Shown piece after piece: positions 46,699-60,000 of a stretch of 64,000 bases of DNA. A program made the position numbers and the translations under genes. The stretch's first letter is position 1; the number at the start of each line of letters is the position of its first letter. The stretch is taken from contig CM060734.1 of the NCBI GenBank assembly GCA_030704615.1, positions 54,374,001 through 54,438,000 of the forward strand. Reading direction: 5' to 3'. The notes under the pieces were generated by a model. The model did no database searches. It saw only the letters and a list, made by a program, of their open reading frames with translations, and was not told the DNA's origin. The stretch comes from Takakia lepidozioides. Taxonomy: Eukaryota > Plantae > Bryophyta.

Positions 46699-48278
46699 CC
46701 CGGCCCCATAAATTAAAAAAACACATCGCCCCCCGCGACGGTTATCCGTCGCGGGGTGTGACCCCCAGGTAAAAAAATGAAAAAACACTCGTCGTCAAAT
46801 GCGACGCGAGGGTGTCGCAGGAGGCAACGGCCGGCCTTTCTGGGTTTAGGGTTCAGGGTCTTTTGGGGTTCTTACTTTTTTTTTTTTTAAATTTTTTTTT
46901 TTCATATGGTACTGGGTTCGGGTGTTTGTTTTTCTTTATGGTGCTGGGTTTTGGATTGGCGGTTTTGGTTGTGGGTCTTGGGGTTAAAAAGATAAACGGT
47001 GTAATTAGGATTCACATACCCAAAATGTGGTTCAATCTGATAATCGCAAAGCGCTGGGTCTCACAAATTTTTCCAGGGTGTGGGCATCCTGAAGATAGAA
47101 CGAGATGAAGGATTTATTGTCTTGGGCTCTAGCACCATAGGGATGCTCCGCCTTTGGTTACCAATTTTGAAAGCCCCGAGGCTGAGGCATAGGGTTTTTT
47201 TGCCAACGGTTTTTGAGAAATGAAAGTGTTGGTGGTGTGTATTAATTAGGATGGGATGGTGAGGAAACATCGACCCGTCTCCCTCGAGGATGGGGAGGAC
47301 CTGATCCAATACAGGCTGTCGGGCACAATCGTAGAAGTGACCGGGGCCAAATTTCAGGTGATGCGGAGGATGTTGACACTCCGGGATCGAGTCGGGGGCG
47401 CCGCGGGTTGCCCCCCTCGCGGGCCACCCGTCCAACACGTCCACCTTTGAACCCCCCGACAAGATTGAGTGTTGGTGCACTAAGTGTTGGGAACAGATAC
47501 CGCCGGGCGGCACCAGACCACCGAGGCGGTGACCACATGTTGTCGAAAAACATTACAAGAAGAACAAGATTGCGGATGCGGCAAAGGTGAGTGTTTTTCC
47601 CACCCCTCTCATTAACATTCATTTAAGGTACATTTAGGTTTATCTAATAAATAGTATGATTGGTAAGCATACATGAATCAAAATTACGACATAAATATTG
47701 ATGCGTCGTTCACTACGCACATTGCAGCCACGACTTGATGCCCAAGCTCGCAATCACGTTGCACAGGAGGCATTTCGCGCCGGTCTACTTGCAGAATCTG
47801 TGCCAGAGCATGTGCCCGATGTGACCAGTTGGTTCCCCCAGCAGCACATAGATGAGATGCGTAGGGTCGAGGGGTATCGTAGGTGTCGTAGGCATTATGG
47901 CCGACGACGAGCAGGCCCACCCTCCCCTCCCCCCCCCCCCGTCTGTTTCTTTGCCTGATCCGGACGTTGTACCCCCCGGCTGTACCTCCGACATTACATC
48001 CTCAACCACCTCCACTTTCATCTCTTCCACCAGTAGTACCACCTCCACCTCCACCTCCACGTGCATGTGCCCCCCGAACCCCTATGAGGGGTCGGCTTCG
48101 CCCTAGGTTTCATCCCCTTCGGCTTGGGCGGCCTGAGCCGGATCCTCGCCCCCGATGGGAAGCGCATAGGACTATGTTACTGAGGACCGTCCAGCCTCGT
48201 TGTTGGGGGAATCATCTCGACCCTCCCACCCCCATCTGAGAAAATGTGGAGTTCGAGTATTGGGGGAGACGGTAAGTT

Positions 48279-48825
48279 ATGAGAGCCGCTACAGACCCTG
48301 TTATAGGTCGGGGTTTATTCACGGTCAATGATATTGTGGTTCCTCCTCGGAGAAACAGCATGGTGGACTTGTTTCCCTACTACGATCCATACTACACCTC
48401 CGCGGAGTTCCGTACATTACGCCTCGAAGCCCCATACATCCTACCCTACATTTTGTGTATCAACGGACAGGATGTACGTAGACGGGGGTTGTCTCCCATT
48501 GAGATCAGATTTTGTGATGGTGACCCCGACATCTTCGGCAATGTTGATGGGCTGGTCAATAGTTCTTCTGGTCATCCTAGGAGAACCAATGTAGTATGGG
48601 ATGAGCAAAGCGATGGGCATGAGAGCTTTTGTGGTCATACACTGTGAGGGGATGCATATGTTTGTGATGACATGTGCTAGTAGGACTATTAGGGCTGGCA
48701 GCGAACTATTTGCATCATACGAGTTCTCCCGGGATGATTGGGACCTCCGATTACAGCGTGAGTGGGATGTGTATGATAGAAATAGGGTTCCTTTGAGACA
48801 GGGATCGTGTAGAGGGGCATTGTAA
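48279..48825 (+). pseudogene. SET-domain (lysine methyltransferase-like) coding region, frameshifted
   Basis: IGRGLFT, DGDP..FGNVDGLVNSS..N and CASRTIRAGSELFASY match SET signature motifs in order. Possible upstream exons at 47408-47586 and 47698-48240. Confidence 0.72.
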
Positions 48826-49847
48826 ATATTCTCATGATGTACTTTGTATACATCCGATTAATCGATTGATGTAAAAAAAATTCTTGTTGCTCGTGTGGTT
48901 TGCAACTTTGCATATGTGATCTAAACATACTTATGCTCATGTGGACCAAATATGAGCTTGAACCAAGTTGATTCAATGGGTCATTCTAGTGTTGAACGCA
49001 GCTACGTGTCATAGAGACGGAAAATTGCGTTTCGCCTGCTGATGATTTTTTTTTTAATTCCATTTTTAAGCCATATGCTTAATGATAGCATATGCAATGT
49101 GCGTGCAAAATTTGGGAGTAAACAAAAGTCATTTGGACCCATAAACAGATTTTGTTATCTTATTTGCACTCCAAAGTTGAGCTATTTTCAACTTCATGCA
49201 CTCTTTATAGAGAGTTCTGCAAAAGTGACCCTAGAAACACACTTATTTTTTTTCCATTTTGTTTTTGTCCCATTTTTTGCATGGATGTAGGGGTGCAAAG
49301 CCCAATGTTACAGATCAAAATAGAGCTAAAAATAAAATCATTACGCCCCTCAAAACCGCAATCATATATTTTCTAAATGCAAATATTTATTTTAAATTCA
49401 TTTAAATTCGATTTAGGTCAAAATTGGTGCAAGGGTGAGTGCGTCGTTGGGGAGGCAATTATTTTTTATTTTTTATTTTTTATTTTAATTTATTTATCCT
49501 GCTGGATCTTTGTACAGGTGTTGCACACATATTTAATCACATGTAGGAAAAAATGAAGCTTGAGCCACATCCGTTTGTTGGGTGCAATGGCATGAGATGA
49601 TTTTCTTTCACATTAATAAACAAAAATTGGTTGATAGGGTGAATGCGTCATTGGGGGGACAAATGATTTTTTTTTGGGTTGGAAACTTTGCATGCGTGTA
49701 CGTTGCGCACATACATGTAATTATTGAATGACATATTTGATGCACACACACACATTGAAGGTTGTTGTTTGCATTTCGCTTATAATGAAGTGTATGGTTG
49801 CAAGACACATTATAATATATGTCCCTATGTTCATTTGTTTGTATCAG

Positions 49848-50379
49848 GACTTTGTCCATCCATTCCTGGTCTTTTCTCTTGGCACCCCATCCGAAAACAA
49901 CCCAAGTACATCAGGCGGGAGCCGTGGGCGAGACGCCGCCCCCACGGTACCGGACGATGATGACGATGATAGTGATAGTGGCAGTGACAACAACAATGAG
50001 CATGGAATTAACCAGGAGGATGTGCAAGCCATGAAAGATCTCTTAATGCATTATGTGGGCACTGATGCATCCCATGAAGAGGGAACCCGACCAATCGATG
50101 ATCCTGAAATGGCCCCCTCAAATGACATAGAGAGGGAGGCGAGAACTCCCTTGTACGAAGGGGCGAAAGTGAGTCCGACTTTCAACAATCTTACTTTTGC
50201 TCAATCTTCAAATTCGATTTGACATAAGTAATGTTGGGATGTCTGCCATAATGCGAACTATTGCAGACTATATCTTTGCTCCACACTTGAAACCCAAGAT
50301 GCCACGGTCGCGGAAAGAGGCGCGCGAAGTCTTGGACTCTGTGGGGATGGGCTAATAAGATTTTTCATACATGTCCATG
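49848..50379 (+). pseudogene. CACTA TnpD (Transposase_21) N-terminal exon, interrupted by an LTR
   Basis: EARTPLYEGAK-SRLSTILLLLNLQIRFDISN...KMPRSRKEAREVLDSVGMG..HTCP; continues at 61450 on the minus strand. Confidence 0.8.
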
Positions 50380-51104
50380 TGTCGCGCACCTCACTTCGGT
50401 AAGCTCCCCCTCAAGTCATAGTTACTCGCTTTGATGCGCGCGCCTGACTCCCAACCGGCCGCCGGGCCAACTTGGAGCTTCGGCTGCTCACCGGGACATA
50501 ACGGTCCCCCTTCGCTCTCCCGAAAGACCCTCCACCTATTTGGGCCTAGTGGAATTCCCTTTGGTAGATGGCAGTCCGGAACAGCTCCCCACTCTTTGGT
50601 CGCTTTCCGGCTCGCTCGCTTACTCACTAGTTTTTGGTCACCAACGGGCTTGCACCGTTCTCAGGGTTACTACTCCCTATATATACTTCTGTAGCTGTCC
50701 GCGGGGGTTTCACAACCAGCCATGCCATTTTATGGCGAACCACCACGAAGACCCTCGATTCCCGGTGGTGAGTCGCGGTGAGTCTTGGCCCGCTCACCAC
50801 GGCCCCTATGGACCGTGATGAGTCCCAAGACTCCCCACGACTCCACCACGAGGTCTCCGCCCCCATGGTGAGTCCTATGCCACCCCCACTAAGTCCCACT
50901 AAGCTACCACCACCCTTGTGGAGCCACCCCCACCGCAACCCGGTGTGCGGGGCTTCACCTAGTGAGCGCCTCTACTTCCCTGAGTGCCTTGGGCACTCAA
51001 GGGTGCTTCAGCCCCCCCTATACCTATCGCTGCCGCTGCCCCCACCACAGGGGCAGCCCCTCATGTGTCCCGACCCCCTGCCCTCAAGGCAAAGGGCCGC
51101 GACA
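50380..51104 (-). repeat. 3' LTR of a Gypsy element, partner of 61451-62172
   Basis: Inverted near-identical copy of 61451-62172, preceded on minus by PPT-like GGTAGGGGTG; flank CCATG at 50375-50379. Confidence 0.9.
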
Positions 51105-53624
51105 CACACCCCTACCAACAGGGAGTCGATGTCCTCATCGACTTGTCCATTTTGTAGAAACGAACATCCAAGTTGCGGCGTCCCACATCAAGGAGTTTGT
51201 TTCTGTACCATGGCGTCCCATGGCAAAGAACCAAACCCCACACTTGACTCTACTCTCCACTAGCTAGTTCGGCCGACTTCCTCCAAGTCCCGGCCAAGGG
51301 TGGAGCCTCTCCAGCTCCTCCCAGTGCACTCTTCTTGGCCTACTTCAAGGCCAAGGAACGATCCTCCCCGAGGATCGAATCGCCTTACTGCAACAACATT
51401 TGCTTGCGATCGCTCATGACTTCCCATACATAGCAAGTCTTGTGTGTGGCCAACCCTTGTTGCCTGTATTGTTGAAACCGCTCTTAGGCAGTTAACAATG
51501 AACTTGAAACTTAATTTGATTAAAAGGGCTCCATCCCCTTTCTCTTAAAAAAAATTAAAATTAAAATTAAAACTTTGAAAACTGCCAAGCATAGCAACCT
51601 GGTATTATTATATCAGGCCACACAGTCCTGTTTGTAGTAATCATGAACTCATGTTCATTGCTTTCAAACTACTTGAATATATTTCTCAATTTTCGAATAG
51701 CAGGGCGATCATATCACCAATAATCATGATACTCTTCCTCTCCTCTCTTCCCTCACTTGCATGACCATGGAAATATCTCCTCAAACCGCCCTCCACGAGC
51801 TTCAAAATTCGGCCTTCGAGACCACATGCCAGTCCTTAGGCAGTCCACCAGTGCCTCCACGAGTTAGCACAGGCCGTCCACAGGTCAACACGGGCCACCA
51901 CATACCAGCACAGGCCCACACAGATCACTGGTCACAGCCGTCACAGCCCGTCACAGCCCTACACAGGTCACAGGGGTCACATCCCCTCACAGCCCCACAA
52001 GCCACATATCACAGCCCATCACAGCCCTACACAGGTCACAGGATCACGGCCCTACATGCCACAGCCCGTCACAGCCTGTCACAGCCCCATCCATGGCCAC
52101 TCATGGCAGTTTAGCCATTTCTCCAAGGGGTTTAGCCACGCCAAGCTAGGGTTTGTGTCTCTTTCTAGGCTTCTTTGCACCGAGCTATGGTGGCTGTGAA
52201 GAAATCAGCAAGGTATTCTTGCTCTTTTGGCTCCCACACACCACCAATAGTAGCCCTAAGCCATGAGGAAGATGGTTGCCACAAACCAAGCCTTCTTTCT
52301 CACTTAGACTCCCCAAACACGCCACTAAACTCAATGGCAAACAACCAAGCCTTGCTGGTTTCCAGCCCTTGTGAGCACTCATTCAAGCGTTTTCCTTGGC
52401 CATAACATCTGTCTTAGAGCCTATTCCAGCCCCCTACACCTGCCACTTCAAGAGCCATGCTCCATCTAGGCTTGAGGTGAAAAACCCCACCTCACATATG
52501 CCCTACAAGTGCTTTTCTTTCACCCAAGTGGGAACCAGCCCTAGCCCTTCCATTCTAGCTCTCTAAAGCTTGAAAACAAAAGTCCAATGGACTGAAGGCA
52601 TGCTCCACACATGCCCCACTCTCACCACAAGAAAATCAGCCCCTTTGCTTCATTTCTTGCACCCACCAACCTGAAAATACAAGCTTCAGCGGGCTGGAAG
52701 CATGCTCCACACATGCCCTACAGGGAAACCAGCCCCTTCCTTCTTTTCTTGCACTCCCAAACCTGAAAGTACAAGCCTTCAATGGGCTGAAAGCATGCTC
52801 CACACATGCGTTGCCCTCACATAAGAGAAGTCAGCCCTTCTCTCTTCCTTGCTTGCCCTCCAAGCTTGAAGATGGAAGCTTCAATGGGCTGCATGTATGC
52901 TCCACACATGCATCATCTTCACACAAGAGGTAATATCAGCCCCCTATCTTGGCTCTTTGGCTCCTTGATGCTCTCTAAGACAAGACTAAGCACTCCACAG
53001 CCCTTGCCAAGCTCCTGAAACCCTAAGGCTTACATTTCCAGCCACAAGACACTCCTATTGTGGTGCAAGAGTTCTTCTTCCAAGCTCTGAAACCCTAGGT
53101 GCAGATTCCATGGCCTTGCCGCACCTCTTAGCTCCTGTTCCAGCCGTGCTCTTGCCATGACAAAAGCCCTCTCAATGCTGAAGCTCGAGATTGAAACCCA
53201 ATCTCAACATACTCTACAAAGTGCACTGATTTGCCCCAAGCCAAATCAGCCCTTTCGCTTGGTCTTGCAATCCTTCACACAATGAAAGCTCGCATTCCCA
53301 AGTCCAGTTCTCAGCTTTGCCACCAAAGCCACTCTAATCTGCTCTTGACTGGTCCTCTTCCCAATCGTGCTTGCTCATGCATGTACACAATCTGAAACCA
53401 TCAAGGTGCTCTGGAATTACCTGCAGCATGGTGCTTTCATCTCTGAAGCTGAAAATCGAATGCCAAGGTCTACTACCTCGTAACCCACATCGCCTCCACT
53501 TCTAACAACCAAGAGCTCCACGGTGCTCCTTGCATAACAACCTGGTTTCTCTCATTCTCAAGCAAAAACCACAAGTGCTACAACTAACTCGTATCTGGCA
53601 CTCACAGATACGAGCTCATCTTTC

Positions 53625-53957
53625 TCGAGTGATAAAGAAGAAGAATACAAGCACAAGCTCATGCGAGCTCACAAAGCTGAAGCATAAACTCATGCATATA
53701 TAACCTCATCACTCAAATACAAGTCAAGCCAAGTGCACCCCACGCCATGGGGAATCCACACTACGGCGCCATAGCTACGCGCGGTGAGGCTCAACTCGAG
53801 AAAGATGAGCCTCCCCGCGCTTGCCGCGAAGATAACCACTCCAGGGCCTAAATCTGCCTTGACCCCTGGATTGACACTTGGGCCAATCCCAAATGTCAAT
53901 ATGTAAAAGCTAGCTATTTCCTAGCTAGTTTCACACTAGTGGCAAAATAACTTGACA
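53625..53957 (-). repeat. Diverged ~330-bp repeat (LTR-like), inverted copy of 55323-55644
   Basis: Shared CCACGCCATGGGGAATCCACACTACGGCGCCATAGCTA core and TGTCAAG terminus. Confidence 0.75.
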
Positions 53958-54130
53958 TCTCTTACCCCATGAGATGTCAAATTCTGCAAGAAGTTGCGTT
54001 CTTCTTCTTCGACTACATCTGCGAATAGCTTCCCTCAACACCCGCCAAGCCTATGATCTTGCTTGAGACATTAAGTCTGAGTGAGTCCTAAACAGAATAG
54101 CCCTCACACATACGGGTTTTCCTTCAAAAG

Positions 54131-54469
54131 TCAAAGCACACCTTGCCTTCCACATATTCCAAAGAGTATGAGCTTTAAAGATGCCCATACCGGACATGAT
54201 GACCACAAGGAACCCTCAGCATAATTCAGAAGCAGTATAGAAGTGGGGTTAGAATGGAGATCTTTCCACAAGAATAAAAAAGACAGAACAGGTTCCCACA
54301 CCCTCCGTGCAATAGGACAGAAGAGGAAGCAATGTTCCAAAGTCTCTGAGGCTTGTAGGTTATAGGAAGTGCAAATGGATGATGAGTCTGGAAAATTACA
54401 GCGCATAGGGAGTACCCTATTGACTAATTTCCAAAGAAAACCACTTATTTTGGCAGCTCTTTGACACAT
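54131..54469 (-). pseudogene. LINE ORF2 C-terminal zinc-binding (zf-RVT) fragment
   Basis: KISGFLWKLVNRVLP..C..ETLEHCFLFCPIARRVW. Confidence 0.8.
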
Positions 54470-55320
54470 TGAGATATGCCACTATACGTGGAGGGGGATA
54501 TCGGCCATGTGTTCGGCGTTTCCACCCTGGGGACTATGTGTATCTGCAGCAGACAGTGCCTACAACCTTGGATGTCATAGCAGGACGTGTGATTCTAAGG
54601 GTTAGGGAGGTGTTACCTTCAGGAGTGTTGATTCTGGAGGGTCGAGATGGCATGATATGGAAGGACCATGTGCGCAATTGTGCACCATGTCACCTTCCAC
54701 ATGTGGATGGGAGGATAGATCCCAACCTTGCAGTGGTACCTGCAGGATTGCGCTGCATGCTATGTGGGCATGCTCGTGGTGCCACCACTATGCTGGTGTG
54801 TGATCGATGCTCACAAGGTTGGCACATGGGATGCTAGACACCACCTCTTGAGAGGGTTCCTGATGGAGATTGGTTATGTCCACACTGCTTGGGATAGTGG
54901 CAGTGGATATGACTAGTGGCAGCTAACAAGACATGGGAGGCCAAGCTCATATGAGTCAATACCCGAGATCTCAGGCTCAAGTTCACAGGCTGCAAGACGG
55001 CGACTAACGATGGGGCAACTCTTGTACCCGGCCTCTTGATCTATTGAGTTTGAGTGTAGTAGGGACAGTGGTGGAGGACTTTGTGAGGCTATGGCCACTA
55101 TCACATCTTGTGGCTACCTGGACTTAGAGGGACCTAAGCGCCAGCTAGGGGGGCGATTGTGATGGACTAGTGGCAGCCTAGTGATGAACTAGTGGCTGCA
55201 CTAGTGGTGGCTAGTGGCAGCCTAGTGGTGGACTAGTTATAGACTAATGTTTGGTGTGCACATGTGTTGTGTGGTTTTGGACAACGATGTAGTTGTGTAG
55301 CGATATGTATGCGCACGACA
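54469..55320 (+). mobile_element. 3' end of a Gypsy-type element: integrase C-terminus with PHD finger, PPT, short LTR (55158-55320)
   Basis: RRFHPGDYVYL..; CMLC..MLVCDRCSQGWHMGC*TPPLERVPDGDWLCPHC (PHD); AGGGGGGCGAT followed by TGTGATGG...CACGACA. Confidence 0.78.
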
Positions 55321-55645
55321 CCTGTCAAGTTATTTTACCACTAGTGTGAAGTTAGCTAGGAAATAGCTAGCTTTCATATATTGACATTTGGGATTGACCC
55401 AAGTGTCAATCCAGGGGCCAATACATGTTTGGGCACCTGGCGTTGTTATCTTCACGGCAGATCGCGGTGGGCTCATCTTTCTCGAGTTGAGCCTCACCGC
55501 GTCTAGCTATGGCGCCGTAGTGTGGATTCCCCATGGCGTGGGGTGTACTTGGCTCGACTTAATATATGAGTGATGTTTTCATGTGCAAATATGTGAGTTT
55601 GAGAGAGCTTATGTGCTTGTATTATTCCTTTCCTTATCACTCGAT

Positions 55646-55955
55646 TGTGATGGACTAGTGGCAGCCTAGTGATGTACTAGTGGTTGCACTAGTAGTGGCT
55701 AGTGGTAGCCTAGTGGTTGGACTAGTGGTGGCTAGTGGCAGCCTAGTGGTTGGACTAGTGGTTGCACTAGTGGTGGCTAGTGGCAGCCTAGTGTTAGACT
55801 AGTGGCTGCACTAGTGGTAGACTAGTGGTTGCACTAGTAGCAGGACTAGCGGTGCACTAGTGGTGGACTAGTTATAGACTAGTGTTTGGTGTGCACATGT
55901 GTTGTGTGGTTTTGGACAGCGATGTAGTTGTGTAGCGATATGTATGCGCATGACA
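55646..55955 (+). repeat. Second LTR copy of the PHD element with expanded ACTAGTGG microrepeats
   Basis: TGTGATGGACTAGTGG...GCATGACA, same ends as 55158-55320. Confidence 0.8.
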
Positions 55956-56759
55956 TCTACATTATGAAGTCTATAATACCCTTGGTGAAATGAGCATGGG
56001 GATCGCATTCAAAGGTGGCCCCGTTCCGTTGCAACCTATGACACAACTAGGACAAACAAGCATAGGCATGATTTACACTTTTTGCCACAAATCACTTGCA
56101 TCATCCGTAGTTGAACTCCTTGTTTATGTGACATGCTTGGACTTTGTCATCTCACACATCAAAGAAAAAACCAGAATATTTCGAAAAAAAATCCATAGAA
56201 TTTTAACAAGAGACCAAAAAGGAAACCCAGGTCTAGGTGGGTAGCATGGTCTCTATACAAGGTGATTTATTTTAAATTGTAAGTGGTTTCAACAACTTTA
56301 TTAACAACTCCACAATTATATTTTAAATTCATGTAAATTGAAATATATAAATCAGTATTGGATTTAAAAAAAAATAGTTGTTTTAACTACTCATTTCATG
56401 ACTATGAACCTTACCCAATAAATAAATTAACCGGGGCCTTTGTACCTTGTTATATATATACGTTTTGCACCCTAATATATATATATATATATAGCTAAGA
56501 ATATCTTCACATAATTACATGGACCATATAATTATTTTATATAATGTTAGGGTGCAAAACGTTCAAAAACTTCAAAAGTTGGCTCGAATTTAGGCTATTA
56601 GGTTGCGGTGTGCAGGGCTGGGACTTAGCGTTTTTAGGGGTCCGGTCTTCTTAGTGCCAAGCATCCTGATAGTAGGAACTTGAGGCCAATTTGGTGAGGG
56701 CACCTTCTTCTTTGACCTATTTCAGCCTGTTTTGCCCTCTCATCAGACTCGGTCCTGAA

Positions 56760-56910
56760 TTTGCAGCACGGAGCATAGCTGGCATGAGTTTTACCCTTCA
56801 CGATGGTGGGACAACAGCCATGAGTTTTCCAAGGATGCGAAGGGTGTGTTCGACGAAATGGCTGCCAAGATGTCGTGTCGTGGAATGCAATGATCGCAGT
56901 GTAGTACGAA
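56760..56910 (+). pseudogene. Short PPR fragment
   Basis: DAKGVFDEMA followed, with a frameshift, by DVVSWNAMIA. Confidence 0.55.
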
Positions 56911-57050
56911 GGCTTGGACATATGAAAATGAAATGATGCCGGATAGGTTGAACCACCAAGTTGTTATGGGCCAGGCCAACCTCGGCGACATTAGCCAAAT
57001 CTTTGAACGGTATCACACTAACTCTCGGGAAAGAACGCCACAAATCTCAT

Positions 57051-60000
57051 TACTACGTTTGGGGGAGGTTAGCGATGCCCCAGCGACCTCCAACCGCCGC
57101 GATTAGCGACGGAAATACTCTACGGGGCCCGGGGCGCGCCGGGGGCATTTTGCGACGTCGAGAAGTCGCAGAGACGTCGCACCCGGAACGTCGCTAATTA
57201 GCGTTGTCGGGGAATCGCAAACCCCCCGGGACGCCTCGGCCGCGGCACCGGCGCAACTTGCGACGTCCGGGCATCAAAAAAAAAAAAAAAAAAAAAAACA
57301 TTTTTTTCTGCGACGTTTTTCTGCGACGTCGACGTCCGGGGGTCGTAAATGCGACCCCTAGACGTCACAGTAGGAGGGTACATTTGAATTTAGGTGGGAA
57401 ATTTTGAATTTGAATTGAAATTTGAATTTTGAATTTCAAAAACTAGTTGACCATTGACTCGGCAAGCGATTATGATAAGAGGGGAAAACATAGTGAAATG
57501 ACATGGCATTGAAAAGAACACAAGTTCAGAGAGGGGGAATGGTACCTGGGAGATTCAATGAGCTGCTTCACCATGGTCGCTTGTAGTTGGATATCACTTG
57601 AGACGAAGTGGGGAGGGTATAGGGCATGTAACCTGACCTGCATTCTGGTGTTTTCTAATGTGAGAGTCCTTGGTTTGTCATTGTTGTGGATGTTTTGAGA
57701 CGGTGAGCAACAACCTGTTGTCTTAAGCATAGCTGAAATGTACATATATTGTTAGTGCTCATAATCATAAATCCGAGTTCCTGTATGGTGTGGGAGGGGG
57801 CATGTGCCTTAGGGTGCATAGGTCGGAGACATAGAACGTTGTCAGCATGGTTGTAGTAATTACTGGTACAACAGTTGATAACATGCACCATTTGGTAAGT
57901 AGACTTCAGATAAGTATGTAAAAATAAGATACTGCGTGTTGATCCAAGAGCCGGGGCATGTATCTCTAAATACATATCATAGGATGGAAGTGAGATAACG
58001 AAATCATAGAACAAAACAACATAAAGAGCATGTACAAATATCTCTGGATTTTAATCAAATAGAGGGGGGAGTGTGGCATGTACATTTGGAAAGCGGGCAT
58101 GTGCATGAGAGTAAAATGATCTGAAGTATACTGTTGATCCAAAAACAGGGGCATGTGCCATTGATCAGTATACATCATAAACAGGAGGTGAAGTAAAGAG
58201 GTCACAGTACCAGACACCATCCGAAGAAAGAGACTAGGTACAGACGTTGGGCAGCCTGAATATGTGCAGTTGAGAGTCCCAAGCAACGTTGAAGCCCACC
58301 CAAGCCATACTCAACCCCAGTCGATCAGCCTTAGTGGCAGGGAAAAGAATGGCAGCCCACTCGCCAATGCTTCCATACCCCGGGGTGCTTAGTTTGTCAA
58401 ACTCGGAGTTGAGGGGAAAACTACCAGCCAACGCGTGGTGAAATTTGACGGAGCAACAGATTGGCCATAACCTGCACACATCTTCATACGCCCAATACAT
58501 GCAGTGGCGCAGGGAGAAACAGCCTCCTCAAAGAGACCATGACACTTAGTTAATTTGAAACCCTGATAAGTGAGAGCTTGTGCGTTGCGTTGTGCCTCCA
58601 CTGGTCTAGAAATTTGGCTAGCATATGGGGCAGCCTGATGGCATGAGATCAGCCTAAGCCTTGAATGGTTTTGGTGTTTTTGCCTTTTCCCAGTTCCTTG
58701 TCTACATGGAATGTGCCAGACCTCACTGATGAAGCTGGAGTTCATGCAATAATACAACATCAATGCTGATCCCTTCACTTTGTATCATGGATTGAGTTTC
58801 TTGCAGCACCCAAGGGCCTCATTAGAAGGCATGAGATGCCCATTCCGTGTTGCCATTGCCCCATAGCATCATCAACCACAGAGCCTGAAGCAATTTTAAG
58901 ACTGCCTCCTGATGACACCCAGCCTTTTCCAGCAATTTGGCAACATTCGTCAGGGAATCAAGCTGCTTGCAACCCTTGTGTTCACATGTAGCCTTTGAGA
59001 TGATCAGATTTTGGCCACCAAAAGGTGTTTGAGAGGGGGTGCACCATTTGTCTTACAAATCCTTTCAAAGTCTTCATATAACGCTCAAGGAAGTACATCC
59101 ACCGAGAAGAACGGGGCCGACAATCGAAGCTTCTTCCACTAAGTGCACTACCAAGTGCACTTGGATGTCAAAGAAGGAGGGAGGCAGGTGCATCTCCAAC
59201 ATACACATTACCTCCGCCGCCTCCTTCTTCATGCGTGGAAAATCTGCTTCTTCCAACTCTTTGGAGCAAATCCACCGGAACAAGCCTCCCAATCTATGGA
59301 TTGTCTCACGAACCTCGGGAGTCAATGTCCCACGTACTACAATGGGCAAGATGTCTTGCAATAGATTGTGGTAGTCATGAGACTTCAAACCATGGACCCC
59401 GTCTTCTTCGCTGAACTTCGTACGGAAGGATGACCCATAACCAGTTGGTGTTCGGACAGCACTTATGGTGGCTATCACTTTCTTGTATTCCTCCTTTGTC
59501 CATTGCCAAGGTGCGCGCTTATACTTTCACCGTACAACACCCTTTGGGTCCATACCATTTTGTTCGGCGCATGTGACCCTGCTCCTCAAGCTCCTTTGTA
59601 ACACCGAGAGAATCTCCTTTTGCAGCCACTCCCTTCTTTGCCGGCGCGGCGTGCCATGAAGAACCCGAAAAAGGGACGAGCAGACATTCTTCTCAATATG
59701 CAGGATCTAGAAGATGTTCGAATCTTCAGGTCCTATATATATCCCCACCCACAAAGACTTACACAAAAAAATTTACGTGAAAGTGACAATGCAACGCATA
59801 CCAAATGTGCAATATCACATGCATGCATAGGGATATTGACGGTGTTTTTGTGGAATATGTACCGCCCAATATGACAACTCGTAGAAGATTGAAAGTCGTT
59901 TCATGCCGGGCACGTCCACTTCACCGTCCGTGCCCGCATGGGCCTCCTTCCATCGGTCCTCCCAAAACTGCCCGGACGGTGTCATAGGGGGGGGGGACGT

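Larger units (their letters stand above)
46699..50379 (+). mobile_element. 5' part of a CACTA (En/Spm) element carrying a SET-domain gene and the start of TnpD
   Basis: GCGAC/GTCGC subterminal repeats at 46725-46820, like those at 57070-57365; TnpD N-terminal exon; SET ORF in between. Confidence 0.7.

Noticed and set aside
57470-59070. Several short minus-strand ORFs inside the CACTA 3' region
   Set aside because: No recognisable motifs or consistent exon structure.
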